DNA of 64,000 bases from Myxococcales bacterium. GTDB lineage: Bacteria; Myxococcota_A; Polyangia; Fen-1088. This document shows positions 10,131 to 18,895 of the stretch, one piece after another (the first letter of the stretch is position 1; each line of letters opens with the position of its first letter). The DNA lies in contig JAGTJU010000001.1 of assembly GCA_022184915.1 (NCBI GenBank), positions 868,057 through 932,056 of the forward strand. The letters run 5' to 3'. The notes beneath the pieces are model-generated. The model was not told the DNA's origin and ran no database searches. It saw only the letters and a program-made list of their open reading frames with translations. The translations under genes and the position numbers were made by a program.

Positions 10131-12604
10131 GCGGAGGGTACGAGCCGGAGCAGGGCGGGCAAGAACACGAGGTTGGCCACGAGCGCACTGCCGAGCGCCA
10201 TGAGGGCCAAGGAGCCCAAAGAAGCGATGCCGGGGTTCTCGGCCGCGATCAGGCTTCCGAAGGCTGCCAAGGTGGTCAGCGTGGAGCCTGCGATCGCGAA
10301 GGCCGCCGTATGCCGGGCCGTGCGCGGCCCTTCGGCAGGCAACCACACGAGGTAGATGGCGCCGTCCACGCCGAGGCCGAAGGCGAGGGGCAGCACGATG
10401 AGGTTGTAGAGGTTCACCTTCACCCCAAAGGCGACGGCGATCCCCAAGGTGAGCACCATGGCCATCGCGAGAGGCGTGAGCACGAGCAACGTGCGCCGCA
10501 GCGAGCGCCCCATGAGCCATGTGCCCAGCGCAAGGCCCGCAAACGCCAGGCCCAAGATGAGGGGGGTGTCCGCGGCGAGCCCAGGAACCACCTCGCCCAC
10601 CTGCGCAGCCGGTGAGGCAAAGACAACGTGAGGAAAGGCCTGGCGCCAGCGCGCCATCTGCGAGGCCAGCCGCTGCATCTGGCGGGCGTCCGCGCCGCTG
10701 AGGTCGGTGTAGATGATGCCAAGCGAGCCCACCTGTCCGTTCCGTTCGACCAGCCAGTCCGCCACCCAGGGAGGCGCTTGCTCCACGGAAAAGGGCTGGT
10801 TTACGGCCACAAGGGGCGCCCATGTCGTCGTGAAGGCGCGTTGCTGCTCATCGCTCATGAACGGCACGGCCTCCTCGAGCGCAACACGTAGCCGCGCCAG
10901 CGCTGCGAGGCGGGCGCTTTGGTCGCGGGGAATGAAGCTCTCCGCCGTCACGAGCCAGGGCTCATCGGGGTTCGCCACCCCTTCGGGGCCCTGGGCCCGC
11001 AGCCGCTCCGCCACGGAGCGCATCTCGTCCCGGGAGCGCGCCAGCACGAACACCGGCACACGGGTGGTGCCGTGAAGGGCCTTGCCCCAGGGCAGGCCGT
11101 GGCTGACGCGGGAGGGGCGCAAGCGACGAAAGTCGTACTCGAACCCGATGCGCGTGGCCGCAAGACCCCCGGCGATCGTCACGACGAGGGCCACGGCCAC
11201 CACGATGCGGGCGCGGCGTTTCGTGCCCCGCACGCACGCGTCGAGCCAGCTGAAGACCCCGAGCCCCCGCAGGCGAAAGCGAAGAGGGCGTTCGGACCAC
11301 ACCCGATCCGTGGCGAAGACGAGCGGGGGCATGACCACCAGGAAGGCGGTCATGGAGATCACCACACCAAGCCCCGCCATGAGGCCCATCTGCGAAAAGC
11401 CACGGAAGCGTGCGGCGCTCAGGGCGGCGAATCCACACGCCGTCGTGGCGGTGGCGGTGACCATGGCGTTGCCCACGTGCACGAGCGTTTCGGTCAGGGC
11501 CGAAGCCAGGGGCTCGCCGCCCGCGCGGCGCTGGCTGTAATGAATGAAGAGGTGGATGCCGTAATCGATCCCCAGCCCCGCCAGCAGGGACAGCCCAAAG
11601 GCGCTGAGCAGGTTGAGCTGCGGATGCACAAGGCCGATGAGCCCCAGCGTCCACGCGATGCCTGCCACCAACGGCACGAGCAGCAACCACAGAATCCTCA
11701 ACGAGCGAAACTGCACCAACATCAGCAGCACGATGAGCCCCGCGCCCAGCAAGGTGGTGCGGCGGAGATCGTTCGACACGATCTGTTTTTCCATCGGGGC
11801 GTTGCGATAGGGGCCGCTCACCTCCAAACGAAGGCCGGAGGGCGCGTGGGGCGGCCTCAGCTTGGCGAACAGCGCCTCGGCCCGCTGGCTCATCGCCGTG
11901 GCGAAGCCCAGGTTGTCCGGATCCCCTCGCAGCGACGCTTCCACCGCGCACACCTGCCCATCGGGTGAACAGAGCGTGCCGGCCGGCGGCTTGCTCGTGC
12001 CGGTCGGTGCCGCATCCGCGGACGGGGCGGTGCTGTCCGCCCCCAAAAGGCCCAGCATCGCCTTGACGTTCGCGTCGTCGCGGAACGCCGCCCGTACCTC
12101 GGCCGCATCGGGCAAGGGCGGGCGCGTGTCGAGCGTGACACACATGGGGTTGGCTTCGCAGCGTTCCCACGTCAGCCGTTCCTGCACGCGCGTGGCGAAG
12201 CCATCGAGGGTCTCGGGCGGAAGAAAGAGCAAGCGCCGCTCGAGAAAGAAGCGGGGATCGCGTTTGGCCACGGCCCATCGTGTCTCGGGCCAGGCACGCA
12301 GTTCCTCGGCGAGGCGTTCGGCCAGGCGCATGTTGAGCGCGGGATCGCTCGAGGCGACCACGAGATACAGTGAGGCCGTGCTGCGCACCCGCTGTTTGAG
12401 CGTGGCGATCGCTTCCTGTGAAGGGCTCTCTGCCGGCAATAGTGCGGTGAGCGACGGATCGATGACGATGCGCCGGGCCGAAAAGACCCCTGCCGCGACC
12501 AGCACGCTCCACAGTGCCAAGAAGGCGAGGGGGCGGCGCTGCGCGCTTTTGACGTAGGCGGTTGCGAGGCGGCGCCAGGAAAATCGAAAGGTCACGGGCG
12601 GCAA
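10070..12604 (-). CDS. MMPL/RND-superfamily exporter (HpnN-like membrane transporter)
   Basis: 844 aa with two hydrophobic 6-TM-like bundles separated by periplasmic domains. Overall layout matches MMPL-family RND exporters. Confidence 0.65.
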   Translation of the reverse strand: MPPVTFRFSWRRLATAYVKSAQRRPLAFLALWSVLVAAGVFSARRIVIDPSLTALLPAESPSQEAIATLKQRVRSTASLYLVVASSDPALNMRLAERLAEELRAWPETRWAVAKRDPRFFLERRLLFLPPETLDGFATRVQERLTWERCEANPMCVTLDTRPPLPDAAEVRAAFRDDANVKAMLGLLGADSTAPSADAAPTGTSKPPAGTLCSPDGQVCAVEASLRGDPDNLGFATAMSQRAEALFAKLRPPHAPSGLRLEVSGPYRNAPMEKQIVSNDLRRTTLLGAGLIVLLMLVQFRSLRILWLLLVPLVAGIAWTLGLIGLVHPQLNLLSAFGLSLLAGLGIDYGIHLFIHYSQRRAGGEPLASALTETLVHVGNAMVTATATTACGFAALSAARFRGFSQMGLMAGLGVVISMTAFLVVMPPLVFATDRVWSERPLRFRLRGLGVFSWLDACVRGTKRRARIVVAVALVVTIAGGLAATRIGFEYDFRRLRPSRVSHGLPWGKALHGTTRVPVFVLARSRDEMRSVAERLRAQGPEGVANPDEPWLVTAESFIPRDQSARLAALARLRVALEEAVPFMSDEQQRAFTTTWAPLVAVNQPFSVEQAPPWVADWLVERNGQVGSLGIIYTDLSGADARQMQRLASQMARWRQAFPHVVFASPAAQVGEVVPGLAADTPLILGLAFAGLALGTWLMGRSLRRTLLVLTPLAMAMVLTLGIAVAFGVKVNLYNLIVLPLAFGLGVDGAIYLVWLPAEGPRTARHTAAFAIAGSTLTTLAAFGSLIAAENPGIASLGSLALMALGSALVANLVFLPALLRLVPSAQGAHRGPSAPSIPSSQGGA

Positions 12605-12730
12605 GAGCAGCGCACCTGCAGGGCAGGGTCAACGGCGTACTGGAAACTCTTTCGTGGCAATTGTGACGAGTTCGCAGCACTCGTGAGGCCACGGCGCACG
12701 GTGCACGTTCGCGTGCCAGGATGCGCGCGC

Positions 12731-13675
12731 ATGATTCCCGCAACGGCCCACTTCGTCTGGCTGGGATCCTGGTTTCCTTGGTTCAACGTGCTGGCCATCC
12801 GCTCCGCGCTCGAGCGGGGGGGCTTTTCGCGCGTGGTGTTGCACCACGATGAGGCGCTCGCGGCGTCGGCCTTGGGCCCCCTGCTTGCGGACCCGCGGGT
12901 GCACTTTCGTCCCATCGATCTCGAGGCGCTGTGTGCCGGGGCGGGCGTGGCCCCGGCGCCCTTCGCCGCGCTCATGTCCGAGCTCACCGCGCCGAGCGCG
13001 CGATCGAACGTGCTGCGTTGCCTGGCCCTGGCGGCCGAGGGGGGCGTTTACCTCGACACCGACACCGTGACCGTCAAGAGCCTCGACGATCTGCGCGCGT
13101 CCGGCGGCGCGTTCTGCGGACAGGAGCGTGTGGCGCGGCCGCTTCGCTGGATACAGAAGCGTCGCGCGGCCGACCAGCTGAAGTCGTGGGCCCTTCTGGG
13201 TTTGCGGCAAGCTTTTCGCCTGTGGCCGCGCGGCTACTTGCATTTTCGCATGGTCGAAGGGCTCTATCCTCTGGCGGTGAACAACGCTGTATTGGGCTGC
13301 GCCGCTCGTCACCCGTTCATGCTGGAGCTGCTCGCGCGCATGGTGAAGGTGCCACCCGCGCGACGGCGCGTGCGTTTTGCGCTGGGCACTCATCTGCTGC
13401 AGCGGCATGTGGCCGACTACGCGGGCGCCGGTCTCGTGGTGTATCCGCCAGAGTACTTTTACCCGTTGGCCCCCGAGATCGCCGACCACTGGTTTCGGCA
13501 TCACGCGCGCCACGACCTCGATCAGGTGTTGTCGCCGCAAACACGGATCGTGCATTGGTACGGTTCGACCCACCGGCGGCGTACCATGGTGAGGTTGGCC
13601 CCGGACTATGTATTGGCGAACGCGCGCCGCCAAATGTTGAGCCAGCTGGCCGCGCCCTTCGTGACCGAAGCCTGA
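12731..13675 (+). CDS. Glycosyltransferase with DXD motif, GT32 / Gly_transf_sug / capsule-synthesis-like
   Basis: SNVLRCLALAAEGGVYLDTDTVTV matches the DXD sugar-binding region of OCH1/GT32-type transferases. Start trimmed to MIPATAHFVWLG. Confidence 0.6.
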   Translation: MIPATAHFVWLGSWFPWFNVLAIRSALERGGFSRVVLHHDEALAASALGPLLADPRVHFRPIDLEALCAGAGVAPAPFAALMSELTAPSARSNVLRCLALAAEGGVYLDTDTVTVKSLDDLRASGGAFCGQERVARPLRWIQKRRAADQLKSWALLGLRQAFRLWPRGYLHFRMVEGLYPLAVNNAVLGCAARHPFMLELLARMVKVPPARRRVRFALGTHLLQRHVADYAGAGLVVYPPEYFYPLAPEIADHWFRHHARHDLDQVLSPQTRIVHWYGSTHRRRTMVRLAPDYVLANARRQMLSQLAAPFVTEA

Positions 13676-13701
13676 GCGCAGCCCTGCGCGCATGATCCCC
13701 G

Positions 13702-14550
13702 TCAGTGAAGCGCCACCGCAGGCCCGTCAGCGGCCAGCTCGACGCGCAGCTCGCCAAGCGGTGCGTTCGTGACCAGTGCCAGCGGCGTGTGTTCCGCGTT
13801 GTCCGACAGCCACAGCGTGATCGTGCGCGGCTTGCGCAGCGTCGAAGGGCGTCCCTGCCAGTCGATGGGTGCTGCCGCGAGCTCGTAGCGCAGGGCCGTG
13901 CGGGGGCCCGTGGCCAGCTTGATCGTCTCGGCCCGTGGGGGCGCAGCCGTCACGCTCCACAGCGCGCGGCCATCGAGCACCGGGGCGGTCCAGGGCTCCC
14001 GTTGGGGGCCGCGGGTGCGCAGCGCCAGCAGATATCCAAAGGGGTCGTACGTCGCCGCGCCCGCGTTCAGCGTGGCCCAGCTCTCGGGTTTTTTGCTGTG
14101 CAGGCGGTGCGTGCTCACCACGCCCGGGGCGCTTTGTGCGGCGTCGTCGCGGATCACGGCGCTGCCGGTGTCCCGTTCGACGGTCCACGCCCGCGCCAGC
14201 GCCGTCTGCGGATCGAAGGACAGCGAGAACTTGCTGCGGGTGCCAAAGCCCAGGAACGAGCCCGAGCCGAACCCCTCACCTGCCCACAGCGGCGCAGGGG
14301 ACGTCTCTGCCTTGACGAGCAGCGTGACTTCACCCACCTGTCCAGCCAGGGAGTGGCGAATCTGGAAGTGGAGGCGTTCGGGGAAGCGCAGCATCGGGGG
14401 CCCTTCGCTTAGTGTGGCGACCGGGGGGGCGTCAACCGAGGCCGGCGCAAGGCGTGGCGTGGTGGTGGCGCAGGCGGCGAGCATCGCCGCGGCCGCGCCG
14501 GGACCCAGAAGCGCGTAGAGGCCGCTTCGCTGACGAGAGAGACGTGCCAT
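13702..14550 (-). CDS. DUF3108-like lipoprotein
   Basis: Signal peptide with lipobox (MARLSRQRSGLYALLGPGAAAAMLAAC). The globular C-terminal 250 aa resemble the DUF3108 family. The 658-aa ORF-track extension upstream (14551..15678) is low-complexity P/A/R-rich and overlaps the start of the opposite-strand sulfatase-like gene (14702..17509), so it was trimmed. Confidence 0.5.
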   Translation of the reverse strand: MARLSRQRSGLYALLGPGAAAAMLAACATTTPRLAPASVDAPPVATLSEGPPMLRFPERLHFQIRHSLAGQVGEVTLLVKAETSPAPLWAGEGFGSGSFLGFGTRSKFSLSFDPQTALARAWTVERDTGSAVIRDDAAQSAPGVVSTHRLHSKKPESWATLNAGAATYDPFGYLLALRTRGPQREPWTAPVLDGRALWSVTAAPPRAETIKLATGPRTALRYELAAAPIDWQGRPSTLRKPRTITLWLSDNAEHTPLALVTNAPLGELRVELAADGPAVALH

Positions 14551-14701
14551 GAGTGTTGGACACCCAGAGTGCCCCCGCGATTCAGCCTTGCACAGGAAAA
14601 GCAGGAGCACCCCGGGCCGGGGGGCCGCGCGCGCGGCTCCGAGCCGCGCAAGTGGCTGCTTCTCCTGGTCAATTCGTGGCGCTCCTGGTAGCTCTTCGCT
14701 C

Positions 14702-17509
14702 ATGTCGAACCGCCCGTCCCTCGCCTCCGCCGTGCTTTCGGGCCTGGGCGCGGGTGCCGTGGTGGGTCTGGCCGACGGGGTGCGGGTGGCGCTGGGGGCA
14801 GGGCTTTCCCCCGCGGGCTTCGGGCGTACGGTGGCTTTGGCGCTGGCCGTGGACGCGATCGGGGGCGGCACGCTCGGGCTCGTGTGTTCGGTGTGGGGCT
14901 GGGTGCGGGTCTGGGGCCAGGCCGGATCCCCGGGGCCTGTCGCCCGTGTGGGGGGCGCGGCCGCGGCGGGCGCCCTTGCCGCCGGCCTGGGTGTGGCCAC
15001 GCTGCTTGCCACGGCGACGCGGGTCAACCGCTTTTTGGCTGCGGGCCTCGTGGTGCTGGCGCTGGGGCTTGGCTTTGCGCTGGCGGCCGCTTTTGGGCCT
15101 GCGCTCGCCAGGGCCTTTTCGCGGGGCGCGCCCCAAGCCGACGACAGCGATCGGCCCGCCGGGCTTTCGGTCCTCGGGCGCTGGCTTTTCGGTCCTTTGG
15201 CCTTGGGTCTCGTGTCGGGGGCTGCCTTTGTGATCGTGTGGCGCACGCGCGCGCCGCTGCGGGGCGCGGCCTTGCTCGAGCGGGGCGCCTGGGTGGCGCT
15301 GCTTGGCTTGGGCGGGCCCTGGTTCGTCGCCCGCGCGGCCCGGGCGGGCGCGCACGTCCGCGTGGGGGTCGCGGGCGCACGCGGGGTGAAGGTCGCGGTG
15401 CCGGGGCTCTGCCTGGCCGCCGCGGCGGGGCTGGGGGCGCTGCGCTGGGAGCGTGATCTGCAGTTCCTGCCCTGGGCCGACCTGATCGTGGCCGCCCTCA
15501 TCGCTGCCGTGGGGGTGGGCCTGCATCGTGCGGGGGCCTTTCGATCCCTGCGGCGGGCGGGAATGTACGCGGCCGTGGGACTCGGCCTGTGTGTGCCGCT
15601 CGCGCTTGCCAGCGCAGGCTCCGAGGTCGCACGCAAGGTGCTTTCGGCGCGGGGCGGCCTGGTGGGGCCTGCGCTCACCTACGGCAGCCGCGCGCTCGAC
15701 GCCGATCGTGATGGCTATGCCCGCCTGCTCGGCGGCGGCGACTGCAACGACGCCGAGCCCGAGATCAACCCCGGCGCCCTCGACTGGCCCGATGATGGCG
15801 TGGATCAGGATTGCGACGGCCACGACGCGGTCTTTGCCCCCCTCACGTCACCGCCGTTTCATGCCGTGCCCCAAACGGTGCCCCGGGACGCGAACATCCT
15901 GCTGGTCGCCATCGACACCTTGCGCGCCGATCGCCTCGGGGCCTATGGCTACCCTCGCAACACCTCTGCCCACCTCGACCGCCTGGCCCAAGAGGGGGTG
16001 GTGTTCGAGAACGGATGGGCGCATGCGCCTTCCACCCGTTATTCGATGCCGGCGCTCTTCACGGGGCGCTGGCCAAGCGCCCTCAGCTGGCAGGACTGCA
16101 ACGCGTGTCGCAGCTGGTGGCCGCGTCTGGCGCCTTCCGTGCGCACGCTGGGGCAGGCCCTCAAAGACGCGGGGCTCGTGACGGGCAGCCTGTGGGCGTA
16201 CAGCTATTTCGATGCGGACGAACGCCGGGGCTTCGAGCGGGGCATCGACGTCTACGACACGCGGCGGGCCGCTTTGCATACCAACGTGGCGGGGCCCGCC
16301 GAGTCGGTGGGCTCTTCGGCCCGCGAGATCACCGATGATGCTCTTGGCTTCATCGAAGCGCACAAAGACCAACGGTTCTTTCTTTCGGTTCACTACTACG
16401 ACCCCCACCTCTCCTACGAACGACACCCGGGCGCGCCCGATTTTGGCGCTGCGCCCGCGGATCTCTACGATCGCGAGGTGTGGTTCACCGACCAGCAGCT
16501 CGGGCGGCTCTTCGAGGGGCTCGTGCGTGAGGGCTTGTGGGAGCGCACCATCGTGGTGGTCACGGGAGATCACGGCGAAGGCTTCGGCGAACGCGGCGTG
16601 GTCGCGCACGGCTACCACCTTTACCCGCCCCAAACGAAGGTGCCCTTCATCGTGCGGGTTCCGGGGCTGCCCCCGCGGCGGGTGGCCACGCCCGTGAGCC
16701 ACGTCGATGTGGCACCCACCCTGGTCAATCTGCTGGGAGCGCCCCACGAAGAGAGCTTCCTGGGCCGCTCGTTCGTGGATCTGCTCGCCGGCACGCCGCG
16801 CCCCGAGGTGCCGATTGCGCCCGTGTTCCAGGAGGTGTCGTACGAAGGCGACAACAAAAAACGCGGCATCGTCACCGAGACCCATCAGCTGGTGTGGAAC
16901 TGGACGCCTCACAACACCACAGAGTGTTACGACCTGGCCCAGCCGAACGGTCCCGATCTGTGGGGCACGCCTGCCGGTGCCGACGTGTGCCCGGCCCTCA
17001 AGGCGCGTTTGCGACAGTGGATGGCCTGGCTCGCGGTGCCGCCCGACGCCCAAGCCCAGATCGCCAAAGGGGTGTTCGTCGAAGGCCGAAAGCCCCCCCC
17101 GCCCACCTTGCCCGTGCACGCGACCTTGGGGGCGGTGGTGCGCTTCAAAGGCGTGGATCTGTCGAACACCACGGTGGCACGCGGCGAGTCTTTCGAGGTG
17201 GCCTATCACTTCGAGGTGCTGGGCAAGATTCCCGAAGGTTGGAAGCTGTTTTTCCATCTCAACGGTCCGTCCGGTGTGTTCGTCAATCTGGATCACCCAC
17301 CGCTTGCGGGAGCGTTTCCCCTGGAACGGTGGCGCCAAGGCCAAACCATCGTGGATCGTCACGTTGCTGCGGTCCCCCCCCACCTGCCCCCGGGCAGCTA
17401 CACGCTGTACGTGGGCCTTTGGAAGGGCTCCGAACGGATGGACGTGGTGCCCACCGCCGCGAGCGACGGCAGCAAGCGCCTGATCGTGGGCACACTCACG
17501 GTGAACTGA
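14702..17509 (+). CDS. Membrane-anchored sulfatase-like (alkaline-phosphatase superfamily) hydrolase/transferase with MopE-like metal-binding motif
   Basis: About 300-aa polytopic Gly/Ala-rich N-terminus. A DCNDAEPEINPGALDWPDDGVDQDCDGHD (Cu-binding_MopE-like) motif. Then a sulfatase-fold core (ILLVAIDTLRADRLG, VVVTGDHGEGFGERG). The canonical C/S-x-P-x-R nucleophile motif is degenerate (HAPSTR). Confidence 0.65.
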   Translation: MSNRPSLASAVLSGLGAGAVVGLADGVRVALGAGLSPAGFGRTVALALAVDAIGGGTLGLVCSVWGWVRVWGQAGSPGPVARVGGAAAAGALAAGLGVATLLATATRVNRFLAAGLVVLALGLGFALAAAFGPALARAFSRGAPQADDSDRPAGLSVLGRWLFGPLALGLVSGAAFVIVWRTRAPLRGAALLERGAWVALLGLGGPWFVARAARAGAHVRVGVAGARGVKVAVPGLCLAAAAGLGALRWERDLQFLPWADLIVAALIAAVGVGLHRAGAFRSLRRAGMYAAVGLGLCVPLALASAGSEVARKVLSARGGLVGPALTYGSRALDADRDGYARLLGGGDCNDAEPEINPGALDWPDDGVDQDCDGHDAVFAPLTSPPFHAVPQTVPRDANILLVAIDTLRADRLGAYGYPRNTSAHLDRLAQEGVVFENGWAHAPSTRYSMPALFTGRWPSALSWQDCNACRSWWPRLAPSVRTLGQALKDAGLVTGSLWAYSYFDADERRGFERGIDVYDTRRAALHTNVAGPAESVGSSAREITDDALGFIEAHKDQRFFLSVHYYDPHLSYERHPGAPDFGAAPADLYDREVWFTDQQLGRLFEGLVREGLWERTIVVVTGDHGEGFGERGVVAHGYHLYPPQTKVPFIVRVPGLPPRRVATPVSHVDVAPTLVNLLGAPHEESFLGRSFVDLLAGTPRPEVPIAPVFQEVSYEGDNKKRGIVTETHQLVWNWTPHNTTECYDLAQPNGPDLWGTPAGADVCPALKARLRQWMAWLAVPPDAQAQIAKGVFVEGRKPPPPTLPVHATLGAVVRFKGVDLSNTTVARGESFEVAYHFEVLGKIPEGWKLFFHLNGPSGVFVNLDHPPLAGAFPLERWRQGQTIVDRHVAAVPPHLPPGSYTLYVGLWKGSERMDVVPTAASDGSKRLIVGTLTVN

Positions 17510-17527
17510 GTCTCGAAGGAGCCCCCC

Positions 17528-18085
17528 TTGTACCGCCCTGAACGCTGGGAATACCGCCTGACCTTGACCGACGTGGAGCGGGGCTTGAATGCCGACCGCA
17601 CCGTGGTGGTGGGACGCCACCCGTCCGAGACCACGGAGCATCTGGCTCTGCGCGTGCTTGCGTTTTGCCTGGTGTACGAAGAAGGGCTCAGCTTCGGGCC
17701 CGGCGTGTGCGTGGGGGATGCCCCGGATCTCATGGCCAACGACCTGACCGGCCACCTCAGTCTGTGGGTGGGCTGTGGCGACGTGTCCGCCGACCTGGCG
17801 AAGAAAGTGGTGCAACACAACCGCGACGCCAAAGCGCACATCGTCTTCGATGGCGAAGAGCGCTACGCGGCGTTCACGGAGAAGGTGCGCCACTGGCCGA
17901 AGTTGCCGCGCAACTGGGGCAACCTCACGGCCTGGCTGCCCCCGCCGAGCGTGCTTGCGTACCTCAAGGAGATGGAGACCCTGCGCCAGCGCTGGATCGT
18001 GACCCTTGCGGGCGGGCACCTCTACCTCGAAGCCGACGGTGTGGTCTTGGAAGGGCCCGTGCAGTCCTGGGTGGCCCCCACCTGA
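17528..18085 (+). CDS. yaeQ: YaeQ family protein
   Basis: Clear similarity to E. coli YaeQ (HPSETTEHLALRVLAF.., DAPDLMANDLTGHLSLWV). Confidence 0.8.
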   Translation: MYRPERWEYRLTLTDVERGLNADRTVVVGRHPSETTEHLALRVLAFCLVYEEGLSFGPGVCVGDAPDLMANDLTGHLSLWVGCGDVSADLAKKVVQHNRDAKAHIVFDGEERYAAFTEKVRHWPKLPRNWGNLTAWLPPPSVLAYLKEMETLRQRWIVTLAGGHLYLEADGVVLEGPVQSWVAPT

Positions 18086-18095
18086 AGGCCCGCGG

Positions 18096-18869
18096 TCAAT
18101 TGGCGTCGGTGGCGCCCGCGTCGGTGGCGCCCGCATCGGTGGGAGCCCCGCCATCAGGCAGGCTCGCCTCGGTGGTGGTGAGCCGCTGCCGAAAGTAGTC
18201 CTTGTCGCTCCACTTGTCCCAGCCGAGGGTGGGCAAAGACACGCTCGAGTCCGTGCGGGAGCCAATGAGCCGGCCAAAGGCGCCATCGATCGGCAAGCTG
18301 CCCATGTCGGTGACGGAGGCAAAGCCCACGGCCTGGTTCGGATCGAAGCCCACGGCGTAGTAGTGGCCGGGTCGCAAGAGGATCTGGAGCGGGCCCGCGC
18401 TCACGTAGGCCGGGCACGCCACGGTGTCGACCTGCAAGGTAAAGAGCGTGGTGAAAGGCGCCTGCTTCGAGGGCGCTTCGGCTACCGCCAGGGTCACCCG
18501 GGTGTTGGGCAGCGTAGGGTTGAGGAAGATTTCGACGCCCGTGAGCCAGCGCGGGCGGGTGACTTCGTAGATGTTGAGCCGCGCCAGGGCGGAGGCGTTT
18601 TTGGCGGGGGCCGCGTTGGGGCCGAACTCGTCGGGCACCCCGGCGTCACTGCCCCCGTCGCGCGCGGCCAGGAGGTCGCAGACGGAGGGGGCACCGGCCT
18701 CGATCGCCGCATCAACCGCCGCATCGGGCGTCGCCTCCCCCCCGCCCTGGCAAGCGACGGCCCCAAGGGGCACGAGCGCGAGCACGAGCGCCACCGTCTG
18801 CGCCCGTGTACCCAGGGCTACGCCCAGGGCCCGAGAGCGCGTGGGGAAAGACTGTGAACGGAACGTCAT
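18096..18869 (-). CDS. Secreted lipoprotein, hypothetical; C-terminal (DAGAT)n repeat
   Basis: Lipobox ALVPLGAVAC. C-terminus encoded by a 15-nt tandem repeat at 18100-18140. Start at MTFRS chosen to avoid overlap with the divergent TBDR gene; the ORF-track start is at 18947. Confidence 0.45.
   Translation of the reverse strand: MTFRSQSFPTRSRALGVALGTRAQTVALVLALVPLGAVACQGGGEATPDAAVDAAIEAGAPSVCDLLAARDGGSDAGVPDEFGPNAAPAKNASALARLNIYEVTRPRWLTGVEIFLNPTLPNTRVTLAVAEAPSKQAPFTTLFTLQVDTVACPAYVSAGPLQILLRPGHYYAVGFDPNQAVGFASVTDMGSLPIDGAFGRLIGSRTDSSVSLPTLGWDKWSDKDYFRQRLTTTEASLPDGGAPTDAGATDAGATDAN
18100..18140. repeat. 15-nt tandem repeat (GTCGGTGGCGCCCGC, about 2.7 copies) encoding the (DAGAT)n C-terminus
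   Basis: Seen directly. Confidence 0.6.
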
Positions 18870-18895
18870 GGAGTTGTTGCCCGGACGGTGAGCTG

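Noticed and set aside
14665-14681. Partial sigma-54 promoter match cTGGTCAattcgTGGC upstream of the sulfatase-like gene
   Set aside because: About 6-7 of 11 consensus positions. -12 is TGGC rather than TTGC. The leader is only about 10 nt. Too weak without a PWM scan.
14551-15678. N-terminal 375-aa extension of the 658-aa ORF 13702..15678(-)
   Set aside because: P/A/R/S/T low complexity, overlapping the well-supported membrane domain of the sulfatase-like gene on the other strand. The real gene starts at the lipoprotein signal MARLSRQ (14550).
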